60,672 nt of DNA, filler included, from Candidatus Babelota bacterium (GCA_017999075.1; 7 parts of 7 records of this genome joined end to end with filler, not necessarily neighbours in it); one strand, 5' to 3'. Positions 19,815 to 31,024 are shown, counted from the whole stretch's first letter. Made by a program: numbers and translations. The notes: generated from the sequence alone by a model not told the origin.

Positions 19815-21644
19815 TTAATATTTACTTCTCTGAATATAATGAGTATGTAAATATTTATGCGACTTGTGTCCAAGAGGTTCATTAAGGAAATCTTCGTACA
19901 ATTTTATCACATCAGGATTTTCATGTGATTTTCTTTTTATTTTTCCTTCATCTTCACGATAAATAGCTTCAAGCCGTTTTTTTACAGTATCTTTGCTTGA
20001 CTCAAGAACTCGAGGCTGGCCTCCGCCGCTTATGCATCCGCCAGGACATCCCATTACTTCAATAAAATGATACGGACTTGTTCCTTTTTTTATTTCATCA
20101 AGAAGTTTTGCCGCACCGGCAAGACCGCTTGTAACAGCAACTTTAACTGTAAACCCTTTTAAAAATAGCCATTCATCTTTAACATCTGTAAATGTAAGTT
20201 CTGCTGTTTTAATTTGTTCAAGCCCGACAAGAGGTTTAACATGTAATTTATCTAATGGTAATTCTTTTCCTTTAATTATTTCATAAACAGTTCTTATAGC
20301 AGCTTCCATAACTCCCCCAGTAGCTCCAAAAATATCAGCAGCACCAGTAGAAAATCCAAGAGGAGCATCAAATTCCGAATCAGGTAATTTTTTAAAATCA
20401 ACGCCTGCATCTTTGATCATTCTACTTAATTCTCGAGTAGTAATAACAGCATCTACATTAGGATAACCGTCATTCATCATTTCAGTTCTGCTTATTTCAA
20501 ATTTTTTTGCAGTGCACGGCATAACAGAAACAACAAACATATCAGCAGGATTGATCCCAGTTTTTTCAGCAAAAAATGATTTACACAAAGCTCCGAGCAT
20601 CATATGAGGAGATTTGCAAGTTGATAAATGAGAAAGAAGTTCAGGATAATGATGTTCTACGTATTTTATCCATCCTGGACTGCAGCTTGTTATCATAGGA
20701 AGTACAGCTTCATTTTCTTTAAGTTTCATTTTAATTTTATTTTTTAAATTTTCAGGCATCAAATTTTTTGAATAAAAATACCTTTTTACTCTTTCTAAAA
20801 ATTCAGTTCCTTCTTCTATAATTGTCAAATCGGCGGCAAAATTAGTATCAAATACATAATCAAATTCCATCTGGCGAAGCGCAGAAACCATTTTTCCTGT
20901 CACGATAGTACCAGGTTCATACCCAAGTTTTTCTCCTAATGCAACTCTTACTGCAGGGGCAGTTTGTACTATAACTTTTTTATTTGAATTCATCAGCGCA
21001 TCCCACACAAGATGAGTGGAATCTTTTTCTTTTACAGCTGCTACAGGACAAACAATTGTGCACTGGCCGCATGATACGCATATTGATTTACTCAACGGTA
21101 AATCTTCAGCAGGAGAAATAACAGTATTAAATCCGCGCATTTGAGGATTCAATACCCCTACACCCTGAATTTCATTGCAAACAGTTACGCATCTCCTGCA
21201 TAAAATACATTTATAAGTATCAAGTTCTATTGCAGCGCTAGATGCATCTATTACATTTTTTGATTTTTCACCTTCAAACCTGAAATTTTCAACTTGAAGA
21301 ATTTCTCCTAACCTTTGGAATTCGCATACATGATTCCTTGAACATATCAAACATTCTTTAGGATGATCTGAAAGCATTAATTCAAATATAACCTTTCTCG
21401 CTTTTCTGACTTTATCAGAATTTGTCTTTATAACCATACCATCCTTAACTTCAGTTACGCACGATGGTTGTAATGTTCTATATCCTTCTATTTCAACAAC
21501 GCATAACCTGCAGGATCCAGTTGCATGCATCCCTTCACAATAACAAAAATGCGGTATAAGAATATTGTGTTGTTTTGCCGCCTCAAGTATAGTTATTCCT
21601 TCATCAACTGATATTTTCTTTTTATTGATAATTAAACTAATCAT
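19815..21644 (-). CDS. hydA: [FeFe]-hydrogenase catalytic subunit (group A, M3-type with 2Fe-2S and 4Fe-4S modules)
   Basis: H-cluster motifs TSCSPGW, MPCTAKKFE, EVMGCPGGCISGGGQP; N-terminal CRLCVVE, HxxxCxxC, CILCRRC and CVSCGQC. Confidence 0.96.
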   Translation of the reverse strand: MISLIINKKKISVDEGITILEAAKQHNILIPHFCYCEGMHATGSCRLCVVEIEGYRTLQPSCVTEVKDGMVIKTNSDKVRKARKVIFELMLSDHPKECLICSRNHVCEFQRLGEILQVENFRFEGEKSKNVIDASSAAIELDTYKCILCRRCVTVCNEIQGVGVLNPQMRGFNTVISPAEDLPLSKSICVSCGQCTIVCPVAAVKEKDSTHLVWDALMNSNKKVIVQTAPAVRVALGEKLGYEPGTIVTGKMVSALRQMEFDYVFDTNFAADLTIIEEGTEFLERVKRYFYSKNLMPENLKNKIKMKLKENEAVLPMITSCSPGWIKYVEHHYPELLSHLSTCKSPHMMLGALCKSFFAEKTGINPADMFVVSVMPCTAKKFEISRTEMMNDGYPNVDAVITTRELSRMIKDAGVDFKKLPDSEFDAPLGFSTGAADIFGATGGVMEAAIRTVYEIIKGKELPLDKLHVKPLVGLEQIKTAELTFTDVKDEWLFLKGFTVKVAVTSGLAGAAKLLDEIKKGTSPYHFIEVMGCPGGCISGGGQPRVLESSKDTVKKRLEAIYREDEGKIKRKSHENPDVIKLYEDFLNEPLGHKSHKYLHTHYIQRSKY

Positions 21645-21701
21645 TTTTATCCTCCCGGATTTCAGTAATATTTTTCAGATTTACCCAATTTTCAATTTTA
21701 A

Positions 21702-22562
21702 TTATCTTGCATCGCAGCGTAAACACCGCATTGCTTCAGCTATTGCATTAAGTTTATGAAATCCTTGAGCAACTTCCTCAAAACTATTTTTTCTATCTTC
21801 AGAGTTAAGGTATTTCATAGTAAACCTTTCATGTTCCACTACTTCAACATCATTGGCAGCTTTTGGAATCTCAATAGGTTCTCCTGTGTTCAATTCTCCT
21901 GAACCGCCAAGATATTTATCCATTGATTTAGCTGCTTTTTTACCATCAGCAATTGCTGTTATAACTACATCTGATCCTCTGACAACATCTCCTCCAGCAA
22001 ATACACCAGGCATTGAAGTCATCTGTGTATCAGAATTTGTAACAAAAGTTCCCCATTCAGTAATTTCAACTTCGTCTTTCCTGATAAATGGAAAATCAGA
22101 ATATTGACTTACTGCCGGTATTACCATATCTACGTTAAACATATATTCAGAATTTTTAATTATTTTGGTTTTTTTTCTGCCGCTTGTGTCAAAACCGGTA
22201 ACTTCCATTTTTACACATTCGATTTGAGTAACCTTATCCTTTCCTATAAATTTTACAGGCGCTACTAAAGTGTGTAAAATTACGCCTTCTTCAACAGCGT
22301 CTTGAATTTCTCTCTTGTCGGCAGGCATTTCATCCTGAGTTCTACGGTAAAGTATATGAACTTCTCCTGCTCCTTTTCTGATTGCTACACGCGCAGCGTC
22401 AACAGCTGTATTTCCGCCGCCTATTATAGCTACTATATTTCCGAGTTTAACTGTTTTATTTAAATTCGAATCTCTTAAAAAATCAAGTCCATGATAAATT
22501 CCTGCAAGCTCTTCACCTTCAATACCGATTTTTCTTGATAATTGTGTTACTGTAGCTATGTA
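21702..22562 (-). CDS. GltD/SudA-like FAD/NAD(P) oxidoreductase, C-terminal fragment (probable hydrogenase diaphorase partner)
   Basis: Frame is open to the contig end: IIGGGNTAVDAARVAIRKGA...LYRRT, GVFAGGD...AIADGKKAA, EAMRCLRCD; directly upstream of hydA. Confidence 0.88.
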   Translation of the reverse strand, partial: YIATVTQLSRKIGIEGEELAGIYHGLDFLRDSNLNKTVKLGNIVAIIGGGNTAVDAARVAIRKGAGEVHILYRRTQDEMPADKREIQDAVEEGVILHTLVAPVKFIGKDKVTQIECVKMEVTGFDTSGRKKTKIIKNSEYMFNVDMVIPAVSQYSDFPFIRKDEVEITEWGTFVTNSDTQMTSMPGVFAGGDVVRGSDVVITAIADGKKAAKSMDKYLGGSGELNTGEPIEIPKAANDVEVVEHERFTMKYLNSEDRKNSFEEVAQGFHKLNAIAEAMRCLRCDAR

Positions 22563-22662
22563 NNNNNNNNNNNNNNNNNNNNNNNNNNNNNNNNNNNNNN
22601 NNNNNNTTAATTAATTAANNNNNNNNNNNNNNNNNNNNNNNNNNNNNNNNNNNNNNNNNNNN
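22563..22662. other. Artificial contig linker
   Basis: 44 N + TTAATTAATTAA + 44 N. Confidence 0.99.
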
Positions 22663-22939
22663 TTTCAGATTCCTTATCAGTAGTATAAGCGCTTATAACT
22701 ATTATTGGGACAGGACATTCTGCCATAATAAGCTGAATACTTTTTATCCCGTCTAAATAAGGCATATTTATATTAATTGTTATAACATCGGGATTAAATT
22801 CTTTTATTTTTGTTATAGCTTCCATTCCGCTTTTTGCAGTAGCTATGACTTCAATCTGTTCGTCAGATTCAAGAATAGTTTTCAATGCAACCAGCATAAA
22901 ATATGAATCGTCAACTATTAGTACTCTTATTTTTTGCAT
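22663..22939 (-). CDS. cheB: CheB-type receiver domain (3'-truncated)
   Basis: IRVLIVDDSYFM...IEVIATAKSG...PDVIT...MP..DG...PVPIIVISA; located after cheR. Confidence 0.75.
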
Positions 22940-22954
22940 ACTTTTTCAACTCTT

Positions 22955-24229
22955 CTAATTTATATCCGATGTTTTCTCTGCAAGTTCAAAAAGCCCGTCA
23001 AGTTCATGAAATTCGAAAATTCTCATTATCTGCTCTTTGTCGGATACCGCATATAATTTTTTTAAAAAAGAAAAATCTTTCTGTAAACAAACACCTATAT
23101 CCTTCAAAACCTGAGCATCTATATATTTAACATTGTTTAACAAAAAAGCTATATTCCCGAATTTTCCTTTGCTTGCAGCTGAAGAAATATAACTTTTAAA
23201 TAAAAGATTTATTTCATTAATATTCTTACGCTCAAATATCCCAAAACATTCAAAAACAGCAATATTGCCGCGTTTTTCTCTAAATTTAATTTCAAACTCT
23301 TTTTTTTTTGATGGCATACCAAAACCAGAAATCTTCGCAGATTTCTGATTATTTTCCTGTAAAGATAAATTTATACTTTTATTTTTTTCAGCAGCAGATG
23401 AAACATTTTTTTCTAAAACTTTTTTATAATAAGTTACATTTTCCACTCTAACACGTTCAAAAAGTTTTTTTGAATCAAGCAGACTTTCTGTAGGAGCCAG
23501 AAAAAAAAAACCTAATTCGTGAAGATGCGAATGAAATTTTTCAAGTAGAAAATTCCGTTTTTCTTCAGAAAAATATATCATAACATTTCTGCAGAATATA
23601 AAATTAAATTTTGTTTTAAAATTAACTGTGAAAAGATTTTCAATCGAAAATTGAACTTTGGATTTTATTGCCTGCGGCAATTGATAATTATCTTCTTCAT
23701 CAAACTTATTAAAATAACCCTTTACAAAATTTTTATCTTTTATTTTATCAATTTTCAATTGAGGATAAATACCTCTCTGGCCAATTTTTATATTAAAACT
23801 GCTTATATCCATAGCTGAAATTCGTATTCTGTCAAAAATAGACGAACTTAAATGAGTCTTTAAAAACATAGCTATGGAATAAGGTTCTTCTCCCGTAGAA
23901 CATCCTGCGCTTAAAATATTAATAACAGAATATTTCTCTGAATTTTTTTTTATTAAATCTGCAAGAATATAATACTGGTCTTCATGTCTGAAAAAAGTGG
24001 TTTCATTAATTATTATATGATTTATAAGCTCAAGAATTTCATCTTCATTCCTATACAAATGCTGATAATAATCATCGAGTGAATTTATTGAGAGATGTTT
24101 TAATCGGTTTTGTATGCGAGCCTCGAGTTTATTCAAATCTTTCTTTTCAAAAATAAACCCTGTTTTTTCATGTATGAATGAATTAAATTGTTCGAGTAGT
24201 TTATCGTTTAAAACAGGATTATTCAACAT
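22955..24229 (-). CDS. cheR: CheR methyltransferase with C-terminal STAS-like domain
   Basis: INETTFFRH, SAGCSTGEEPYS, IFCRNVMIYF; roughly 110-aa C-terminal extension with a STAS pattern (LNNVKYIDA...IMRIFEFHELDGLF). Confidence 0.88.
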   Translation of the reverse strand: MLNNPVLNDKLLEQFNSFIHEKTGFIFEKKDLNKLEARIQNRLKHLSINSLDDYYQHLYRNEDEILELINHIIINETTFFRHEDQYYILADLIKKNSEKYSVINILSAGCSTGEEPYSIAMFLKTHLSSSIFDRIRISAMDISSFNIKIGQRGIYPQLKIDKIKDKNFVKGYFNKFDEEDNYQLPQAIKSKVQFSIENLFTVNFKTKFNFIFCRNVMIYFSEEKRNFLLEKFHSHLHELGFFFLAPTESLLDSKKLFERVRVENVTYYKKVLEKNVSSAAEKNKSINLSLQENNQKSAKISGFGMPSKKKEFEIKFREKRGNIAVFECFGIFERKNINEINLLFKSYISSAASKGKFGNIAFLLNNVKYIDAQVLKDIGVCLQKDFSFLKKLYAVSDKEQIMRIFEFHELDGLFELAEKTSDIN

Positions 24230-24761
24230 TATCTCCTGACAGTTGTTTAATTTCGTTGGTAGCCATTATTTCAGAAAAATTCAAAAGCACCAGAAGATTA
24301 TTTTCAGGAGATTTATACATTCCAACTATAAAATTAACTGCAATTTCATTGAATGTTTGAGGCGCTTGTTGAACTTCATTATTAGAAATTTCTCTTATTT
24401 TTTTTATTCCATCAACCACAAATGCCAGACTTTTTCCTTCATATTTGTTTATTATCAGTCTCGCAGACGGGCTTTTCAAATCAGTAGTTCCTAAATGAAA
24501 CAGTTGTTTCAAATCAAGAACAGCTATTATACTGCCTCTTAAATTTATTACTCCAAGCAAAAAAGAAGGAGTATATATTATTTTCCTGATATATGTTATT
24601 TCAACTATTTCCTGAACAAATTCTATATCCACTCCGTACTCGCGGTCGTTTAAAACAAAACAAACATACTTTTTATAATTCGATGCGTGATAATCATTTT
24701 CACTGCCGCGCGCTTCAATCTGTTTTTTTCCAAGTTCCTGAATAAATTCCCTCATTGACAT
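24219..24761 (-). CDS. cheW: Chemotaxis adaptor CheW
   Basis: YGVDIEFVQEI, GVINLRGSIIAVLDL. Confidence 0.93.
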   Translation of the reverse strand: MSMREFIQELGKKQIEARGSENDYHASNYKKYVCFVLNDREYGVDIEFVQEIVEITYIRKIIYTPSFLLGVINLRGSIIAVLDLKQLFHLGTTDLKSPSARLIINKYEGKSLAFVVDGIKKIREISNNEVQQAPQTFNEIAVNFIVGMYKSPENNLLVLLNFSEIMATNEIKQLSGDNVE

Positions 24762-24813
24762 TATACGTCACTTCCCGGTTTTTTTATTTTTTTTGCATAT
24801 TTTTTTTACTGTA

Positions 24814-27800
24814 TTATGCTTTTATATATTGTTTTATTACAGTTAATAATTCCGAAGGTTCAAAAGGTTTTACTATATAATCATCTACCCCTGATTCATA
24901 TCCTTTCACTTTATCAACTTCAAGGTCTCTTGTCGTTATCATTATTATAGGAAATTTTTTCAGTTCCGGCATTTTTCTCACTTCCTGAGTTAATCCATAT
25001 CCGTTAAGCCGGGGCATATTAACGTCAACCGTCATCAAATCAAAAGGTCCATTGTTTTTTAATTTTTCCAGTCCGTCAATTCCGTCAACCCCCTCAACAA
25101 CTTCATATCCGCCGCTTTCAACAATGCTTCTGACCATTTTACGGGTAGTAGTGGAATCTTCAACTACCAATACTCTTTTCATTGCTCCAGCAGCATGTTT
25201 AGAAGGCGCTGCCGAGCCTCCTGTCTTTTCAATTTGACTAAACATAGAAGAATCCTGAAAACTTGAAGATCTTGAGGATAAATTGTTCGCACTTATAAAA
25301 TCAATTATTTCAGGAATATTCACAATTAAAGTTATGGTTCCATCTCCTTCAATAGTTGCGCCGGAAATAAACTTTATTTTTTTAACAATATCTCCAAGAC
25401 TCTTTATAACCACTTCTTCTTTCTTAACTATTTCTGACACTATCAATCCTATATTATTATCACCGAATCCCACTACTACCACATCCGAATCTTTTTTCAG
25501 GTTTACATCTACAGGATTCAATCCTAAAACATCAGCCATAAAAAATACAGGGATATATTTACCTCTGTTATTAAGCATATATACATTTTTAACACGTTCA
25601 AGTTCTTCTAGTTTTATCGAAAAAACTTCAACTATATTATTAGACGGTATTGCAAATATGTTATTTTCTTCTTTAACCTGAAGAACCTGAAGTATGGCAA
25701 GGGTTAAAGGAAGTTTTATTGTCAGTTTGGTGCCTTTCCCTACTTTTGTCGAGATATCTATTATTCCCTTTAGTTTGGTTATATTTTCACGCACAACGTC
25801 CATACCTACTCCGCGTCCGGAAATTTCCGTAACTTTTTCAGCTGTGGAAAAACCAGGTATGAAAATTAAATTAAGTTTTTCCGAATCACTCATCATTTCA
25901 GCCCGTTCAGGACTTACAAGCCCTTTTTCAACAGCTTTTTGGCAAACCCTATTTCCATCAATTCCTTTTCCATCATCTTCGATTTCAATATAAACATTTC
26001 CTCCTTTATTATAAGCATTGAGCTTTATTACTCCTGTTTTAGGTTTTTCTGATTGTAATCTTTCAGAAGGACTTTCAATACCGTGATCAATACTGTTCCT
26101 TATTATATGAGTTAAAGGATCCCCTATTTTTTCAATAATATTTTTATCCATCTCAGTTTCTTCTCCGTAAAGTTCAAGACGTATATCTTTATGAACTTTT
26201 TGAGACATATCGCGTACTGTTCTTTTATATTTTGTGAATACCGTAGAAATAGGAAGCATTCTTGTCTGCATTACATTTTCCTGAAGATCTTTGGCCAGAA
26301 GTCCTATCTTAGAAGCAAGTAAAGTACTGGATTTATAAAGCTCAAGATAGTAATTGCTTATCTGCTGGTATTCTACTACCATTGTTTTCCAGTTTTCATA
26401 TAGTTTATTTATAATATTTTCTTCCCCAAAAAGCAAACTGCTGTTTTTAATCAAATCCCTGATTTCTTTCAATTCTTTCATATCTTTATTTTTCTGCATA
26501 AATGCCTGCATTTTACGCTGAAAATTTTCATATAAATCAAGACTTGTTTTCAAATCAGCATTATCAAGATGCAAGTTTATATGATGCATATTGCTTTCAA
26601 TTTCATCAATATATACAGAAATTTTGTCAAGTTGCGATGAAAATCCTATTTTGCTTATAACCAATTCTCCTACAAGATTCATCAAATTGTCAAGTTTTGA
26701 TAACTCCACACGCAAAGTCTGCTGGGTTACAGTCGATTCTCCGGTTTTCTGGCCTGATTTAGCCGAAGATTTTTCCGGCTGAGATTGTTCTTCTGTCTTT
26801 TCTTTTTCAAAATTCTGAAGTTTCGATTCAAGTTCTCTTGACTTTTCATCTTTAATTTCAACAGGTTCTTTTACAGGAGCAGGTTTATCAGAAATCTGCA
26901 TTTTTGAAACAGCAGGTGCTGCAGCAGGTTTTGGCTGAAGCGCCGTTGGTTTTAATGATGCAGTTTTTGCTGCAGCAGGTTTTGCTGCAGCAGGTTTTGG
27001 AGGCTGCGGAACAGATTGTTGAACAGGTTTTGCAGGAACCTGCTGCTGTTTTACAGCCTGCTGGACAACCTGAGGTTTTACTGGTTTATCTGCAATTTTC
27101 TGAGGTTTTGAAACAACTGCTGCAACTGATGCTGAATCTATATTCCCTTTATTATCTTTTAAGATTTTAAGCCTGCCGAGATTTTCCCCTATAGATACTT
27201 CTATCGGCTGACGATTATTTAATAAGTTTAAAAATAAAGTGAATATGTCTATTGACTTGAGCATTTCAGTTATTATTGCAGAAGTCATTTTATACTTACT
27301 GTTTCTTATATCGTCGAGTATAAATTCGCAAGTATGCGCAAGCTCCTGAAATTTTGTCAATGATACAAAACCTGCGCCTCCCTTTAAAGTATGCATACTT
27401 CTAAAAATTTTATCAATAATCTGAGGGCTGTTATCACTTTCCATTTCAACAAAATCATTGGATAAGTTTTCTATTAATTCTGTTGATTCTGAAATAAAAT
27501 CTGCAAGAATGTCTTCATCTATATTATCATAACTGAATAATTCCTGCGGTTCTTTCATCATAGATGCAGGTATTGGTTCCTGCTTTGCAGGAGCAGGTGC
27601 TGCCACGTATACTTCATCTACAGATTCATCAGCAGATTCTGTTTTAAGTGATTCTGCAGAACTGGCCGCTAAATCTATTAGACTGTCCAGATCTATATTT
27701 TCGGTTTGCTGGGACTGAACATCATCTTGATTCTCATTTAATAAATACACATCTGCAGGTTCAGATTGTTCCTGTTGGGTTTCATCAGCAGGTTCATTAG

Positions 27801-28184
27801 ATTCAGGAAGCGGTGAAGACGAATCTCCGTCTTCAACATTTGCTATAATCGCCAATTTTTGATTAAATAAATCTACTTCAAAAAATTCACAAATATTAAT
27901 GTCATTTTTCATTTCGTCAAGGGCGGTCTTTATTGTATCCATGCCTTCAAGAAGCAAATCTACAACAAATTTTTCATATGGAAGCTTATTTTCTTTAACA
28001 TTTTTCAAAACTGTTTCCAAATCATGAAAAGTCTGCGCTATTGAAGTCAATTTCAGCATCCTGGCAGCGCCTTTTATTGAATGACAAAGTCTCATAAGCA
28101 TATTTAGATTTTCAGTCGAAATTGTTTTATCTCGTTCACTTACTAAAACCTTATCAGTTATAATTTCAATATTCTCTGCTGTAT
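24814..28184 (-). CDS. cheA: Hybrid CheA (at least 2 HPt domains, dimerisation, HATPase, CheW, receiver); 5'-truncated
   Basis: HSIKG and HTLKG HPt motifs, LDNLMNLVGELVI, HIIRNSIDHGIE, DDGKG, GRGVGMDVV, C-terminal REC (VVEDS...DVNMP...KPF); Pro/Ala/Gln-rich linker; frame open to the contig end. Confidence 0.95.
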
Positions 28185-28284
28185 NNNNNNNNNNNNNNNN
28201 NNNNNNNNNNNNNNNNNNNNNNNNNNNNTTAATTAATTAANNNNNNNNNNNNNNNNNNNNNNNNNNNNNNNNNNNNNNNNNNNN
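28185..28284. other. Artificial contig linker
   Basis: 44 N + TTAATTAATTAA + 44 N. Confidence 0.99.
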
Positions 28285-28704
28285 GGCAGCATATACTACA
28301 CTATTATCATTTTTAAATATTTCATTGAAAGCAGTAACCCCAAATCCGAAATCATAATTTGAAATGGCATTTCCAAGCTGTCCAGAAAGATTTGTTATTA
28401 TAGCTTTACCTTTTTCAACCGTAGCCTGAGTCAAATTATTTTTCAGCAATTCAGAAGTTTCGACAAATTGTTTGTTCAGAAGATTATCTATCTGATCTAT
28501 TGTATATTTAAAATTTTTATTAATAAGATGTTCGCTGTTCCCTATAAACGAAGTATTCTGATTATTTACTATATTCATACTTCCCTGAAAATTAAACCAT
28601 ATAAGCAATGATATTATTATCATTACCAAACCAAGAATGAATATAGTAAACTTCCCGGCTAAAGTGCGTGTCAAAAAATTTAAAGGTTTTTTAAACAAGT
28701 TCAT
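28285..28704 (-). CDS. Membrane receptor N-terminus (probable chemoreceptor or sensor), truncated
   Basis: Basic N-terminus, one TM segment and a helical extracytoplasmic region; overlaps the stop of the HPt-CheW gene. Confidence 0.5.
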
Positions 28705-29890
28705 AATTTACAAGATTATTCACATCAATAATTTTAATGTTTTTATTTCCGTAAGAATATACCATATCTTTAACAGTTAAATCAAGAAAAATCTCATTGG
28801 GATTGATTTTTTTTATTTCAATAATTTCATCTATAAGCAAACCAACTATTCCATTAACTGAATTTACCAAAAGAATTTTATTTTCATTATCACATGATTC
28901 GCAAATTTTCACAACAGGAGCAGCCCTGTCAAGAAATCTTATCAATCCGATATTTTTTTTAAACGGATGCCAGAATATTTTTTCATCCAATTCCACAATT
29001 TTTATTATATTCAGGCAAATTACGGCATAAATGTCAGACCCTTTTTTCACAATTACAGACAAAAGATATTTATCAGGCAATGTAACAGTATCGGTTTTTT
29101 TCTTTTTTTCCGAATAATCACGCAAATCAACATTATCAACATGATAATCCTGAATCGAATCAATATTGAGTTCTATTGATTTTTTTAAAGCTGATTCGGT
29201 CTGTTTATCGGAATCCAAAAAAAATTCAAGTTTAAAATCACACAATTCCGCGGTAAAATCTTCTTTCCCAAGGTATTCTCTGTCAGGTATCATCCGCATA
29301 ATATGAATTCCGCTTTGATCAACTGCCATTAAAAACTGAAACATTTTTATATCTGCAAACATATTTGTTCTATCAAAAATAACAGTAACTTTTCTGCAGG
29401 TAAAATTCTTATACTTTTTTTTATATTCATCGATTTCTTTTTCAGTAAAAACAATTTTATCAGGAATTTTATATTTGGATTTCTGCTGACCCGGTTTGCC
29501 TTCTATTATTTCAGTTAACTGGCTTTTATAATCATCAAAATTAAATGTTTGATCTATATCCGGATCAACCTTTATCTGTTCAATGCTTTCTGCAAGCAGA
29601 TAAATCCCTGTATTCAAACATTTTTTTATGTTCTCATCAAAAGTAAGTTTTCCGTCGCGTAATGCTCCGAACGCATTTTCAAGAGAATGGGTAAGTTTTG
29701 AAAGATTAGTCAAACCGCAGGAAGCCGAATTTCCTTTTATTGTATGTACATATCTGAAAATTGTATGAACAGGTTCAGGATTCGAACTATCGTTCTCAAG
29801 TTCTTTCATACAAACCGCAGTTCCGGCAAGCTGATCTTCAACTTCGTTTAAAAAAATTGAGAGATACTGTTTTCTTTTTTCAGGATCCAT
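28691..29890 (-). CDS. HPt-P2-CheW protein (CheA-like, without kinase core)
   Basis: HPt IFRYVHTIKGNSAS...HSLEN, P2-like middle region, C-terminal CheW-like (GLIRFLDRAAPVV...VGLLIDEI). No N/G1/G2 boxes. The start could also be 29926. Confidence 0.7.
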   Translation of the reverse strand: MDPEKRKQYLSIFLNEVEDQLAGTAVCMKELENDSSNPEPVHTIFRYVHTIKGNSASCGLTNLSKLTHSLENAFGALRDGKLTFDENIKKCLNTGIYLLAESIEQIKVDPDIDQTFNFDDYKSQLTEIIEGKPGQQKSKYKIPDKIVFTEKEIDEYKKKYKNFTCRKVTVIFDRTNMFADIKMFQFLMAVDQSGIHIMRMIPDREYLGKEDFTAELCDFKLEFFLDSDKQTESALKKSIELNIDSIQDYHVDNVDLRDYSEKKKKTDTVTLPDKYLLSVIVKKGSDIYAVICLNIIKIVELDEKIFWHPFKKNIGLIRFLDRAAPVVKICESCDNENKILLVNSVNGIVGLLIDEIIEIKKINPNEIFLDLTVKDMVYSYGNKNIKIIDVNNLVNYELV

Positions 29891-29965
29891 AAACTGAAAT
29901 TTAACAAATTTATATGAAAAAAGCAAATAAAATTATTTTCAATATAAAAAAATCAATCTTCATTT

Positions 29966-31024
29966 TTAATCATCTCCTTTACAAAATTGCACTTGATTTC
30001 TACCAGAATTTTTAGCCACATACAATTTTTTATCAGCTCTTTTAAATAAATCACTTGCCGTGTCTTCTGGTAAAGATTGAGCAAGCCCAATACTTATTGT
30101 AACTTTAATATTATCATTAAATTTTTCGTTTTCGATTTTTTTCCTGATTTTTTCAGCTAATTCAATAGCGTTTTCAAAACTTATATTAGAAGCTAAAATA
30201 CAAAATTCCTCGCCGCCGATTCTAAATATATAATCACTTTTTCTAATTGATAATGAAACAATTTTTACCAGTTCCTTTAATATATAATCTCCAATTTTAT
30301 GTCCGAAAGTGTCATTTATTTTTTTAAAATGATCTATATCAAAAACTATCAGAGATATTTTATCCTTATTTCTTGCCGCTTTTTTCAATTCATTTTCAAT
30401 AATAATATTATATGCGTGTCGGTTTAATGCATTTGTTAAACCGTCATAATTCGCCATGTATTCTAATTTTATCTGTACATAATTTCTCACAACATATATA
30501 ACAACAGAAATCGATAAAAAAACAAGCAGAGCAATTATTATCAAATTTTTAAAAAAAATAAGTTTTGCCTCATAAGATAATTGCGTAGTTAAAACCAAAT
30601 CATTTGATAATTTCCAGCATATTTCACTTTGTTTAATCAATTCATTTTTTGAATTTTCTGTTTTATCATCACGATATTTTTGTATATTTTTTTTTAATTT
30701 ATCCCATTGCATATTAAATAATCTTAATTGCTGATAAAAAATATTATTTTTATCTATTACTTTAAAATTATCTTTTTTTTTAGTAAAATTTTCAAAAAAT
30801 TGATTAACCAAATCAATGCTGTCATTTTCAGATATATTTTGTAATTCTAATTTAACTGCACGCTGAATATTGCCTCTTATAATACCGGCGGAATTTACTA
30901 TATGCGCTTCATTTTTAAATTCAGTGAATTCAAGATATACGTAAATAGCGTTACTTACTGAAATAATAAGCAACACGCATAATATAAGTAGTAAAAAATT
31001 GGATTTTTTTATTTTAGCATACAT
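29966..31024 (-). CDS. Membrane diguanylate cyclase (NarX/PilJ-like sensor + GGDEF)
   Basis: NSAGIIRG sensor motif between two TMs; DGLTNALNR, DIDHFKKINDTFGH, RIGGEEF, AKNSGRN. Confidence 0.92.
   Translation of the reverse strand: MYAKIKKSNFLLLILCVLLIISVSNAIYVYLEFTEFKNEAHIVNSAGIIRGNIQRAVKLELQNISENDSIDLVNQFFENFTKKKDNFKVIDKNNIFYQQLRLFNMQWDKLKKNIQKYRDDKTENSKNELIKQSEICWKLSNDLVLTTQLSYEAKLIFFKNLIIIALLVFLSISVVIYVVRNYVQIKLEYMANYDGLTNALNRHAYNIIIENELKKAARNKDKISLIVFDIDHFKKINDTFGHKIGDYILKELVKIVSLSIRKSDYIFRIGGEEFCILASNISFENAIELAEKIRKKIENEKFNDNIKVTISIGLAQSLPEDTASDLFKRADKKLYVAKNSGRNQVQFCKGDD

Noticed and set aside
26900-27075. GCAGCAGGTTTT repeats in cheA
   Set aside because: They encode the ordinary Pro/Ala/Lys-rich CheA linker (KPAAA).
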